Shown in pieces: positions 29,739 through 42,541 of a stretch of 64,000 bases of DNA. The stretch is from Haplodiscus bocki (lineage: Eukaryota): assembly GCA_965655095.1 (NCBI GenBank), contig OZ296651.1, forward strand, positions 10,974,001 through 11,038,000, read 5' to 3'. Position numbers and translations under genes: made by a program. The notes under the pieces are model-generated. The model was not told the origin of the DNA. It ran no database searches and saw nothing but the letters and a program-made list of their open reading frames with translations. The stretch's first letter is position 1, and every line of letters starts with the position of its first letter.

Positions 29739-29951
29739 TGTTATACGGTGAAATCCCTTAATCCGGTTATGTAACCATTAGGAAATAAAAACGGCCATAG
29801 AGAACTAATTTTAGAATCTTGTTAGTGTGTATGTTGGTAAATAATTTGTTTTAATGATCCGAACATTGGATTTCATTATACTGAAGAAAACTACTACAGT
29901 GCATTTCGATATTAGAAACACAATTGTTACCAATTTCATTAGAATGGAACA
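29739..29951 (+). repeat. 3' LTR with upstream polypurine tract
   Basis: TGTTATACGG...AGAATGGAACA, preceded by AGAAGGAGGGTAA at 29726-29738. Confidence 0.9.
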
Positions 29952-31639
29952 AAAACGACAATCAATTGAACGATTTTCGTCGGTTAGCAAGTAGTCAATG
30001 CCTTTGCGCACTTTCGTCGCAAGTCCGTGTGAAGCGCAGCTTTGCATCGTAGTGTCAGTTTTGCGCTACGCTGAGAGTTTATCTAAAAGCAACTATTTAA
30101 AACTTCATTATACAAACCTTTCTGTATGACAAAATTGTCTAAAAACCAAAATGTTTCACAATGGCAAAGGGTCTACCGTTTGAATTTTGAAGGCGGTGCT
30201 CAATTGGTTTGTTCATTATATCACAATCTCCCCGTTTTACTTCTGTACTTGCCAAATTTAACTCTTTTGTACAAAATACTTCTAGGGCACATGTTGGTCG
30301 GATTTGAAAACCATTGCTAGGCCTAATATAAGGTAATGTTGGAATCGCTTATGGCCTTCTTCTATTTTTGAGCGTTGAAGTACCTGTTTCGGCTAACGGC
30401 TGAAATGACTTCGATTTTGTCATTGATATCGAAGCCTAAGGATTTGGATATCATGGGGACATGCCTTGACCTGTTTTTTTCAGGCGTAAATAGCGTCTAA
30501 ATTGTAGCAAAGTTGTAAAAGTAGCAAAATTGTAAAATATTACGCTGACTATCTTTATTCAGTGGACTGTATCTAATCTACTGATGTCTACAAGACGCTA
30601 ATCTACCACCGAGAAAAATTTAGCTACCTTGATCATATAATATTTTATATTTATATATAAGAAGTCGTTTATTTTCGCATGTAGGCCTCCAAATCGCCGA
30701 AATTCTACACAGGCTGAGCGCAGAGATTCATTTTTGTCACATAGTAATTTTTGGTTCCGGTGCGAAGTTTTTTTGCTAGATTTTAAGAGAACTTAAAATC
30801 GTGCTATTTTTGGCTAGTTCATAGATATCTCGTCAAATTTTAATCTTATATCTCGGAAGATAAGTCTAATAACGACCAGCGTTTTGCAGAGAAAAAATTA
30901 TCAAGTGTCCTTTTTGGGAATTAATTGAAATGTGCTTAAATCATGAGATTTTTTTGCTTCGGTGTTCGAGGCCCACCAGGGGCCTAATTTTTTTTAGAAA
31001 AGTCTTCTAAATCCATTAAGCAAAGCTAAATCGTGCATCCAGAAATGTATTGAAATTTTCAATTGATCGATGAAAGAAAAATTTGCTTCTTGGGAAATTT
31101 GCTCGGAAACGAAGGCCATTTAGTTGAAAGGTTGTTTTATCGGGGATTTGAGGGAAAATCAAAACAACCAAAAAAGTCCTCCTTAAAGAAATGGGCTGTT
31201 GATGTAACCCTTTTCATCCAAGCTATTTGATTTTAAAATAACAGTTCAAATTTTCAATTTCAAAGGGTTGAGATAATTACCCCAAAAAGACGAAGGAAAA
31301 TGCAGATGTATGCAAGCAGGGAATATTAATTAATTCGATCAGGTTTTCTAAATAATTTTTGCTATAACCTGATTTGGCTTTCTGAATACTCAATACAACT
31401 CAATGTGGACAAACTGCACTTTATTGTTGTGTGATTAACCTTTAGTACAGTGCAATTTCTCCAATTCAGTCTTTTTATATTTTTTCACATGGTGCTTTCG
31501 CTGTAGTAAAAAATAGCTGCTCTTGAAGTCACTGTCGTTTTTAAAGATGACAACCAACTAATTGTCTTATTTTTTTTCGTTATTTTTTCCGTGGCATATT
31601 ATTTCAAAGCATGAAAATACAGTCTATAGCAATCAGGGG

Positions 31640-32270
31640 CAAATACTCACAAACACCCAAGGTGCTTTCTACGAAATTTTTCGGCACTGTGAAACAAAAA
31701 AATGTGCAAAAAACGTGATACCCCCTTCGCCCCTTATATATAAAATTTTTCGAAACCAGAAACTTTTAGAAACATCAGAGAGCCCCTTTGCGAATTTTTT
31801 TCGGCACCGTGAAAGACAAAAAAAAATCGTCCAGAATTCCTGATGCCCTTCCTTATGTATAAATTTTTGGATACGAGAAACATTCTGAAAGACCAAAATA
31901 GCCACCTCATGATTTTCGAACGAAAATTTTTCGTCATCTTTTTTGTGATGCACCCTCTATGGTTTACCGAAAATTTCGCACGATCAACGCCAGAAATTTT
32001 CCGAAACACCTGCAAAAATCGTATACCTCCCTCATGTATAAAATTTTTCGACACCAGAAACTTTCAGAAACACCGAGGGTTCCCGTACAAAAGTTTTCGT
32101 TACTCGGGAGAAAAACTGTCCTACAAAAGTTGTGATAACCCCCCTTAAGCATAAAGTTTTTCGATAACGCAAACTTTCCGAAACACCAAAAGGCCCCCCT
32201 CACGAATTTTTTCGGCATTGGGATGCTGTGATACAAAAAGTTTTTGAAATCTTTTGTGATACTCCCTGAT
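31640..32270. repeat. Degenerate ~110-120-bp satellite, about 5 units with one interruption
   Basis: Recurring TTTTCGGCACTGTGAAACAAAAAA..GTGATACCCCC..TATAAAATTTTTCGAnACCAGAAACTTT.GAAACA. Confidence 0.85.
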
Positions 32271-33464
32271 GATTTACCGAGATTTTCGCGCCCGACTGAC
32301 GGGCAGCGACGACTTCGAGCTGTTCTCAGCTTGTTTACTATTGGTAACCCTATCAAGTGTTTTTTCGATCAATCTATCTCCGCCCCTGTCGATGGAAATT
32401 ATCGCATTGTGGTTGTGCTTCTTGTTTCATACTTTCATTTTGTAATTCTCTTTTTGCTATCAGTAAGTGCGTTCCACTGAATATGAATAACCTGTATGTT
32501 TTCAACCGCTCGCTTCGTACCATTAAAAGATTTTGCAATAAGCGAACTTTGTAAACGAAATTTTGCAATAAACGAAATTATGTAAAAATGCGTCACAAAG
32601 TAAAGCACCTCTCTTGAAAACTCTTGAGTTTGCGAGATGCTGTGCTGCAAAATGGCAGGAATCTGTCCACAAATTGCCTTTAAACTGCAAAATTATAAAA
32701 ACTTGAACAAACCTAAATTGTAGTCAGAAAAGAGAAAATGAGGATTTGCATTGTGAAATATGAAAATATTCGAACCTCAAGTCTTCCATGGAGGGTAGTT
32801 TTGACAAGTTTTGAGAGGAAGTTACGCTTGGGACTTCGATGTCTCTTAGCACTATTGCGGGTAACAGTGACGAGGAATCTGCTGTGTTTTTTCTGCTGCG
32901 GTTGCTGATCCTGTCATCATTACCTGGTTGCGGATGTTGCATAACCTGAAACAAAACATTGCGCAGGTTAATTATTGTGCAAAAAACAAACATTTACCCA
33001 TTTATAGCCAATCAAAATAAATTGAGTGAAGCCCTCTCATTGTTGAAGTGATTCCTTCTAGCTGTCGGTTGCTTTTGGGATTGACCTATTTTGTACTTAT
33101 GAAGGTTACGGCGGTGTTCCCAGGGTGCGGTCATGGAATCAAAACTTTGGATGGAATAATTTTAGTTGGCTTTTCCAAATGAAGAGTTTCCTGATCACCT
33201 CAGAGCAGAGGTTTTTGAGAACTTTCATATTGACGAAATTACACAAAAGAATCTACAAGCCAGTGCAGCTCCCCGTGTCTTCTACTTTGATGGAAAAACT
33301 CAAATCAAGACGGAAACATAACATTTGACAAGTTTTCATGATGCTCGCTTTCGAAGGAAACTGACGTTTTTTTCGGAGACAATGTGCCAAAATTTGGTGC
33401 TACCCCTGTATACATTTTGAGTTGCACCGTTAGCACCGGCTTTGGACTTCCTGATTTGTTATTA

Positions 33465-33622
33465 CAGTGGATTCCGCTTATAAGGGACGCCAAAGGACCA
33501 AGACTTTTGTCCGTAATAGCCAGTTCTCGTTATAAACGGACTGGTTTTTAGAGGCAAATTGAAAATGGGACCATAATATGTGTTCGGTATAACCAGCCTA
33601 TACCCAAAATTGGACTTCACTG
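33465..33622. mobile_element. Small pogo/Tc1-mariner-type MITE
   Basis: TA|CAGTGGATTCCGCTTATAAG...GGACTTCACTG|TA: TA flanks and degenerate CAGTG-type TIRs. Confidence 0.55.
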
Positions 33623-35099
33623 TACGCAAAACAGTTTTCCTGAGGTCACCGAGTGTCGCTTCTTGACGCAATCATTGTAAAATTCCTTGCAAAATTTAAG
33701 TTACAACGTCACTTGACGTCAGTTATGACGCCACTATTTTTTTGTTGGTTGGCTGTTTTTGTTCATAGAATCAGTTTTTTCTAAAAAAAGGTTTGGCTCG
33801 GTGGTGGTAAAACTTTTCGGCACGCTCCGAAATTTTTTTTGGTGATGGCCGAAAAATATTAAAGAATTTACAATTTTTTCAAAGAAATGGCATGAAAACC
33901 TTTACACCGTTAGATATGGTTTCCAAGCATTTTGATGTTTTTTCAGTTTTTTTCATGCAGTGTTTTGAAGAGCTTCATTTGAAGTGTCCGTATGTTCATT
34001 CCTCCTGCTTGCTTGTCTGGAGAGCGCGGGAAATTGCTAATGTAAACAATGATCGTTTAAGCCAGTTGGTCACCTATCTAAATGATAACATTAATTTTGC
34101 TACTTGGGCTCGAACATCGAACATCATCATGGGACCGCTGACATGGATTGATGTTCAAACTAAATCTTTAGCCCGTAGGCCGGGGCACAGTCTCAGCATG
34201 CCTAAAATTGAAATCCATCCTACGAATTTAATTTTTGAACGTAAAATCAATTTGACAATTTGAACAACGCAATTCCAACTCGACATTCCTGGTCGCATTG
34301 AATCCAGCAAGTGCTGATTGGGTTGATTTGTAAATACCTGCTAGCGCGAGGCCACCTGGAGTAGCAAGGACAAACTGTTGCTCACATTTGTCAGCAAAAA
34401 TGTTAAATGGCAATAGAAAAATCAAACTTGTATTTTGCTCTCCTCGTCCGAACAATTAACAAGCAGAAATGCTAGAAACTAGTTGGGCTTTACTTGTATA
34501 ACTTTTTCTGCGAGTGTCCTGGAACTTCAAAACTTTACAAGGTTTGATAATGATGTGTATTAGACTCCAAGATTTGTTTTCATAATTAAGTTTTCAAGAT
34601 AATTTTTATGGTCTCGATTGTTCCGAAGGACTGCTAAGCCTGTTATCTGTTTGTGATGAGCAGGTTGTTTGGAATCGGTATCAGCCTTCATTTTTTTTGC
34701 GACCGTACATAACTGAAAGTTTTATGAGCATTGGCCTTTGTTGAGTTTAATCGCGTTTTTTAATTTGAGAGGATCAAAGATTTTTATTTTTCGCTCGATT
34801 GTTTCGAAAAAAAATTTTCGGAATGATTAGTTGTACGAGTGGCTCCTTGCAACTTTTATTGAGCTCTGTTTCTCGGCTGGAGTGTCTGCGAAGTCGCTTA
34901 GAGCTCATTCTTTTTTTCTGCACGAAATTTTTACTTGTTTTTTAATAATCCGAGTTAATCGTGTTTTTGTTGTACTCCAAACTTGTTTGCCTCATCGACT
35001 AGTTTTCGGATTCCGTCTACTGGCGCTGACTATTACTGATGTAATCTGATATTTTTTTTAGTTTGAATAAGATTAAAAAGAGACTTACTGCGATTTGTT

Positions 35100-37600
35100 T
35101 CTTCGTTCGGGCGCAAAGAGGAAGGTGGAACATACAAAACGTCGCTTTTACAAACAATCTATTTGTTGACAAATATCTCCACGACGACTTTGTCGGCAGA
35201 ATAGCGTCAGAGGCTTTTGAATTTGACTATCGACAAATTAGACATATTATTTGGACCTTTTCGCATTCTCAGTGTATGAAGATTGAAGTATAAAGAAACA
35301 AAATTGGAGATTGTTGATTACAATAGCCATCTAAAAATGAATAGACCTTAATAGAATAGTTCAAAACTGTAGTTTTTCAGAATGGTGAGTTGGAATTCTG
35401 CGATATGTTTATACTAATGTCACTTTTGGCCAATCAGGATACCAATTTCGATGTAAAGGACAAATTTCATGATTACTAGAAAGGAATGCTCCGCGTGAGG
35501 TAAAAGTCTTACGACTGACACCTTGATGGAAAATTGAAGCAGATAGAGCTAGAGAATTGTGACTTTGAAAATCGAGGCTTGTCAAGACTAATAGCACTTT
35601 CTGTTTCATCAGGCTTTCACTGCACGGAAGAATATCAATGATTTTTAACGGAATATTCCAACATGGTTAAAGAGTTTTAGATTGAGACTTTGCGACTTTG
35701 TAGGATGAAACCAAGTCACTTGGTTCAGAGAAACACGGGTTTGAAAATCGAGATTTGTCCAAATTCAAAACATTGCTGGCATTTTTGTACTATCAAAGTT
35801 CCACTACAGGAATGGAATTGATAGTTTTTCCTGCCTATACTCCTCAGAAGTTAGACATTTTTCAATTGCCACCTTGCTGATAGGAATCAAGCCTGCAGTT
35901 GTAAAGACATATGAGTATAGAGGTTTATCTAAACTAATAGCTCCTTGGCATTCTCAACCTATCGGAATTCCAACGCAAGGATCAAAAGTGAATGACTTTT
36001 TTCAGTCCAAATTTCTCTCTGACTAAAAATTGTCACTTGGGACCTTGTTTAAAAAATCTTGTCTGCAGTTACCCAATATCGTGGTAATTTAAAATTGAAA
36101 ACTTTCCCAGCTTTTCTGGACAAATATGATTCCGACGCAGAAAACGAAATGGATAGTTTTCTAGTTACACACTCTTTTTCATGTTTGGAATTTACGGTTG
36201 ATGCCTTGATGGAACAATTCATGCTAGTAGTTATGGAGAAATTTCAATTTGAATGTGGAGACAAATCAATATTAAGGGCAAATTTCGGAATGCAGGGACT
36301 ATTAAGATTTTGATTCAAGGATCAAAGTAAAGGGTTTTCAATCTAATCATCCTCGGTGAGTGTAAAACCTTTTTTGATTGAAACATTGTTGGAACAAATC
36401 CAGCGTGTATTTAAAGAGACATATGAGTTTGTTCTCGTGATAAATCAGTATTGATTGCTTGCACGTTTTCGAATCTTCGAACTATCAGAATTCTGAACAA
36501 AGGATCAAAATAAACGATTTTCCATTAGCCTGCTCTTGTAAAGGTCCAGATTTTTGGATTGAGACCTTGCTAGAGGAAATCGAGCTTGTATATACGGAGC
36601 AACATGAGTTCGAATATCGAGATTTTGCAATTATAAGAGCACTTTTTAGAAATTTTCCCACTATCGGGGTTCTGATTCAGGGAACAAAATGGCAGTTTTT
36701 CATTTGAGTGGTTTGTCACACATTAGACGCTTTTGATTGAAACCTTGGTGGAAGAAATCAAGCCCGTAGTTCTGGAGCGATGAAAATTTGATTGTCGAGC
36801 TTTTTGAAAACTAATGGCACTTGTTTTGACCTTACCGGTCTATCAGGATTCTAACGCAGGGAACAAAACCAAAGATTTTTCATTGGATTACTATTTTACA
36901 CATTGAAAGTAGCCGATTGAGATCTAGGTGAAAGAATTGAACGTTCTTTTTCGAAAGAGTCAGTTCTAGAACCAAGGAAGTTCAATACTATTGGCGATTT
37001 TTGGTAATCCTCAACGTGGAGATCAGAGAACTATATGTTCCAGCAGAAATATTTGCGGAGCAAAATTGTCTTTTCTGACTCTGAAGAAAGTGGGTTAGTG
37101 AAAGAAGACTGATACCAAAAAAAACTGAGGAAAAATAATTCCAATATAGTTCAATTTATGAAGAGATTTGGAAACTTTTATTTTTTTCCGGTTGCCTGGG
37201 AAAATTGAAAATTTTCTCTCAATTTTTTGAGAAATTCTCAAAAATACGATTTGCTTCTTTTACGTCAGAAAATGGATAGTCTTGGAGAAAAAATAGCTGA
37301 CTAATCGAAAAACCCTAAATTTTGTCGAGAAAACTTTTTTTTCTATTGAAAAATGAGATTGTGATAACGAGTCTCTAAAATTATGTTAAAATTATTGCCG
37401 GCAGCAGGATCCGAAACCGCTACCTGTGGCCTACCCAACCTCGGTGCTGCCCCACTTTGTATAGTGCAAGCCGCCAATTATTCTACAGACGACTCCGTGT
37501 TCTGGGCAAAGTCAGGAGGAGAAAATACTCCAACTACTCAATTGAAAATTTTCCTCTAAAACTTTTTTTCGACGGAAAATGATAGAATATAATGGTTTGT
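35100..37600 (-). mobile_element. Dispersed repeat copy B (inverted relative to 6850-9350) with ~10 units of ~175 bp
   Basis: GAGTTTGAATATCGAG-like motif at ~35561, 35740, 35911, 36071, 36245, 36424, 36605, 36787 and 36962; degenerate tRNA-like head at 37395-37470. Confidence 0.75.
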
Positions 37601-38624
37601 TTTCAAGACTTCGGAACAGTTCAGTTTTCATTGAGTTTTTTTCCGTGATCATTGGTTTCGCGAAGTTCAGTTTGGCCTCTGTGTGAAAATTGTATCCACT
37701 TCTAGTTCACCAATTGATTCAGTTGTTCTCCGAGTTTTTTTTTTTTCGCTTGATTTTTTCTGCTTTTCCGTAATTATCTGCTGAATATTTATTTGCTGAA
37801 TTTTAGCTGACTTCCTTTTTGCTTCCTGAGCGTTTGAAGTCTATGCTTTATTCTTATTGACGGATCAAAAAATTCGAGAAAAGGAATGAGGAATTATGGC
37901 AAATTTTGGTGTTTGATTTTCCAAAATTTCCAGGGTATGTAAAGGGGTTCTCACGAACTTGTCGATTTCAGAAACTTTGGAAGGTATGGTACAATTTTTA
38001 ATTCGAGGAATCATAATTTCGAATTTGAACAGTTTTGTAAAATGGGGTTAGCTCGAAACAAATCACTATAATAATCGACCTCTTTACATTCAGTGAAGCG
38101 CTGACTAAAATTGAAAATGGGATATTTTTCACGAAACAAATAGATGCAATAGATCGAGGGGCAGAGTACCTCGAAAAACTCGCTGTGCTCGGTTTATTGT
38201 TATTTTCGACCCACATTTCATGCATGAGTGGAAAAATAATTCAAAATTTATATTTAATTCAGCGTTTTTGGGGTACAAGTGCCCTACTATAACAATGACT
38301 TGTTTTTGGCAAGAGTCACCGCTAAAGCGTTCACTGTTATAATTTAAGCAGATGATTAAAAATACATATTTGAATATCTGAAAGAAGGCGTAAATTGGAT
38401 AGATCGAAGCAATATTTACCTTGTACATTTTTTTGCGCGATTCGTAGTTATTCTCTTCGATTACAAACGATGTTGTTTTTTTCAAAAGTCTCCTTCAGAG
38501 CTGTTGACTTGATTCCCTACCTGAGCCCGAATTAGAATTTTTGACATTGGGCGAACCCAAAAGGTTTTGTGATACCAACGCCCTTTTACACATTCTGACT
38601 CAAAGGAAGAATGTGTATTGGAAA

Positions 38625-39867
38625 CACCGATTGGAAATAATCAAATACATTACTAATGCTTGCTCTGCATTCATCTAATGTCTCATGGAAAAGAACATCA
38701 TTCATTAAATGCATTAAATGACGAATAATGAAGTTGGCTCAACATTAAATGTTACTTATTTACATTAAATGTTTATAACATCTTGAACGGTGCCTTGATC
38801 CCACCAGTCCTTATTCACGTTTAAGAAGAGCTGGGCTTCGAAATGTTCCGGTGTGATTCTATATCTATAGTCTCCCAAAAAGAATTTGGCTTTGCTAAAA
38901 AATCGTTCCAATGTGTTCGACGTTGGCGGAACGAATTTCATAGCCGGCGGTACCTGTGATTGAAGCTTCAATTAAAACTTACGTTGCAAAGTCGATATTT
39001 TCGTCAACCATTTCTTGAACCTCTTTAGTTATCTTGAACGACTCAACACATCTCTGCTCGTCAATTGTAAGTTTCTCTGCTGATATCAACTTCACGACAG
39101 CATTTTCAAAATCGCGAGAATGGACAATAGAACCTATACCGAGGGGCTTACAATACGAATCGCTATCTATCGTTGGAGGGCCGTAATTCACTTTTTTGGA
39201 TCAATATAAACCAAAAAAATGAATTACGGCTCTATGAGATTTTTGGAAATTTTTATGAAAAGCACAATTGTCTGTTGCGAGACAACGTATTTGATGGGTA
39301 TAGCACATGTGGATTTCAACCTTGAATATTGCTGCGTTATATCTTTCTTGTCTACAAAACTCAATGTATACCCATCCGTGATAACCCAGTGTAACCACCC
39401 ATAAATATTGTGAGCTTTTTCAGAAATATTTCCGAGAGGAAATGGCGATCTGTTGCTTTCTCGCAATTCTTCGAGGTATTTGGGATGGTCACTTCTAATA
39501 TGATCCATAAGATTGCCGTAGCCACGCCGAGGGTTTTGCTTCCGACGCTTCCCACATCGGCATACGTATAAATCGTCGGTATCTCTTTGCCTCTTAAAGT
39601 AATACTCGGTTATCTCCTTGGTCGCCATGACGTAGTTGCCGCTTACACGAGCAAAACGTATCTGAAACTAACCGAGACTTACTCGCTGTACGCTTTGTGA
39701 TTGACCAATACCTGGCGGCATGACGCGTCATCATTAAATGTAGCTGCGTATGCATTAAATGCGTCAGCTGCATTCATTTAATGCATTAGTTTTTGGCATC
39801 ACATTCATTTATTGTACGCAAATGAATGACATTTAATGAAATACACATTTCATTATTTCCAATCCCG
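38625..39867 (-). mobile_element. Internally deleted hAT DNA transposon (1243 bp)
   Basis: 8-bp TSD ATTGGAAA (38617-38624 and 39868-39875); TIRs CACCGATTGGAAATAAT / ATTATTTCCAATCCCG; subterminal CATTAAAT repeats; uninterrupted paralogous site at 42411-42541. Confidence 0.92.
38765..39628 (-). pseudogene. hAT-like transposase remnant: BED finger plus C-terminal dimerisation region, catalytic core missing
   Basis: N-terminus YVCRCGKRRKQ..GYGNLMDHIRSDHP and AHNIYGWLHWVI; then SIVHSRDFENAVVKL; C-terminus PPTSNTLERFFSKAK..LFLNVNKDWW. Confidence 0.88.
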
Positions 39868-42410
39868 ATTGGAAACCAGCTTATTCATAATTTTTTGTTA
39901 TGTCCAAAACTCATTTTGTGACGTCATCAGAGAGTTTAACAATCTAGTGTAAATGGTCAAAAAGGGCCCTTAGCAGGTACTTCTTATTTTCGCGTTCTGA
40001 AAATTCCAAAATTTTTGAACATTGGTCTGAAAAATGACCAACAGCGTTCTAAAAGGTAATGTATCACATAACAGTGCTTTGAATATGAGACAATGTGGCA
40101 GTGTATTAGTTGTCACCCCTCCCCCCAAAAAAATATTACATAAAAAAATTTCGAGCTCCCAAAATGGTTGTTATTTGTCAGCAGGGCATCGGAGATGAAA
40201 AAAAAACTTTTGAAGTTGTTTTCAGGTCTTGACTAATGTTGGCTATTTTGAAAGCTCGAAGTTTTTACATTTTACGTTTTGTAGGATACCCAGTTTTCTT
40301 AATTTTTGGCGTTGTTTACTGTGTAAGTCTTCTGAACATTAGGGCGCAAAATGGCGAAGTTAAAAAGACATGATTGATACATCAACTTTTCAACTATCAG
40401 ATACTGTGACACGTTCTTGTTTCATTTCAATTATCTCGAACAACCTTTTGACAGATATCTGGTGAAGTTTTTAAAAAAGTGTCAATCATGTCTCAAATTA
40501 AGGTTCAATTGTCTCTGAGGACTTTTGATTTGTGAACTTTAACTTTGATCACCACTCAGAAGTCAAAATGTGTTGCCAAGTTCCGCTTCGCCCCTGTGTT
40601 GATTTAGAGCAGCGCCGACTTGAGCCTCCTTCCCGACTTGCTTTTACATAAAATCTGCAAATTGAATCAACAACCTGCATTGTTACTTTAAATGGTGTGA
40701 AATCACCAAATACCCAATTTTAATGATACAGATGTTACTATAAACAGCATGACGTAAAATAACTCGAGCCAATCGTATTCATCTATTTTAATCTATGTCG
40801 CTGTTTGACTTAGAATAGATGGGTTAGAAGTTACTTCAGTAGTGATCTGAAACGCGGTGGAACTGCAAAGTTGGCGAGTTCCAGTTGTGGAAGTAATTAA
40901 TGTTTTTGTTGATTTTGAAAGGGCGGGAAATATCCTGGAATCTCCCTCTTTTTTTTTCCTTTCCCTCTATGTGCCTTACAGATTATGCAAATGTCTCTGA
41001 CCCTAAGCTATCGCCGGCTCATTCTGTTCTAAAAGATGACAAAATGGTATCAACTTACTTTCTTGTAAACTGATCTGGGAGTTTGCCGAGCATTGCATAA
41101 TTGAACTTTTTGTTTACTGTAGCAGCTCAGACGAGCATTCATACAAAAATGTTCAACTCCAAATGGGAGCGTGAGTTTGGAAGGGGTAATGAACGGTGGT
41201 GTGACGCTGCATCCGATAACTTCCGCACTGTGTTTGTGCGTGTGTGTGGATATCAAAAGTAAGAATATTCAAAGTGTGGGTGAACAGACAGCAGTTGTTG
41301 CATACGTGATGGCCTCTTAGGTCTCCTGAAAGTGTCGAAATAGCAATGTATATGCAGGTGTTTTGAATATAATTGTTGATTACATAACCCTATGCGCCCA
41401 CTGTAATATAACAATAATTATAAAAAGAATCCGCCGGATGGTAGCGAACGCTTATAATGGTATTATTATAACTACCTACCTTAGCTCGCACACATACGGT
41501 GAAAGTAACATAACCCTGTAAGGTTAGCACTACTATGTTATACTTACGTAACCCAATAGCTTTAATCCGGACGCTCATCCTGTATTAAGTATTCTTTTTC
41601 TGCTCTTTTTAACCTTCCTTAGCCCGTGGTGTTTGTCATCTTTTTGCTATCTTTACTTCCTTTTTATCATCAGTTGTTGTGCAGCGTTGCTCTTCAAAGA
41701 TGCTACCTAGTGAGCCTCAACTTTTGAACGATTGGCGCTCTACAGAGTAACTAAACATCAGTGCTGGCATCGACATCCAAATTGGATCCAGTTCAGTTCT
41801 GTGCGGGCGATTTTCCATCTAATTTGAATTATTGTCCAGCCATTGTGTTTAAAAGGGCAACCAACCTTTCTTTGTACCTACCATGGACCACCGACCCATA
41901 GTCACATTTTTACTTTCTTACAGTGCAAGTAAGGTAAGATTTTCACTTCCAGTACGGAACTGAAATAGGAAACTGGGGGCTGTGGAAATAGATATGTTTT
42001 TTTTTAACGGAAGGATGGATGTACGAAAATGTCGAAAAGGCTTTCAATAGATGTTGCTCTACCTCGAAATGCCTCATCAAGATGTCAGCCGATGAAAGCC
42101 TGGAAATCTCCACTTTTTGTTTTATGCAAATTTGCAGGTGCTTAATGCATTTATGTATAATCACTTACACTTTAATTTTTTTGTGGGGAAAGAACGAAAA
42201 ATAAACAAACACAGCTTTGAAAAAAAATAAAACCAATGCACCTAAGGTAGCTAAAGATAAAACAGCCGTGCCAAATAATTAAATAATATTCTCCATGTTA
42301 CAGTTTTGAACGACAGTGTTATTCAAAAAATAATGGGACTCCGTTGCTCAAAATCATCATGATAACTATGAGCTGCATGTTGAACTATTTCGGCGAAAAA
42401 ATCGCTATGT

Positions 42411-42541
42411 TTTACATATTCTGACTCAAAGGAAGAATGTATATTGGGAACCAGCCTATGCATAGTTTTTCTATCCTTTCCAAAATTAGCATTTTGTGAC
42501 GTTATCAGAGAGTAGTCATCTAGTGTAAGGGGTCAAAAAGG
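42411..42541. repeat. Uninterrupted paralog of the repeat into which the hAT element inserted
   Basis: TTTACATATTCTGACTCAAAGGAAGAATGTAT-ATTGGGAA-CCAGCCTATGCATAG..GGTCAAAAAGGG matches 38585-38624 joined to 39876-39966. Confidence 0.88.

Larger units (their letters stand above)
24184..29951 (+). mobile_element. Full-length, decayed Ty3/Gypsy LTR retrotransposon (Mag/SURL-like)
   Basis: Two ~215-bp LTRs, a 5-bp TSD AAAAC (24179-24183 and 29952-29956), PBS, PPT and domain order gag-PR-RT-RH-IN. Many stops and frameshifts. Confidence 0.95.

Noticed and set aside
31562-32480. Cluster of 90-130-aa ORFs on both strands, or a CRISPR-like array
   Set aside because: These are translations of a degenerate ~110-bp satellite. 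There are no unique spacers or cas genes, and the context is eukaryotic.
40670-40950. Minus-strand Ser/Thr-rich stretch plus hydrophobic helix (WLELFYVMLFIVTSVSLKLGIW)
   Set aside because: Three in-frame stops and no phase-consistent gene model; at best an unassignable relic.
41330-41590. Possible solo LTR sharing short words with the Gypsy LTR
   Set aside because: Only ~10-nt matches; no TG..CA boundary with a TSD could be defined.
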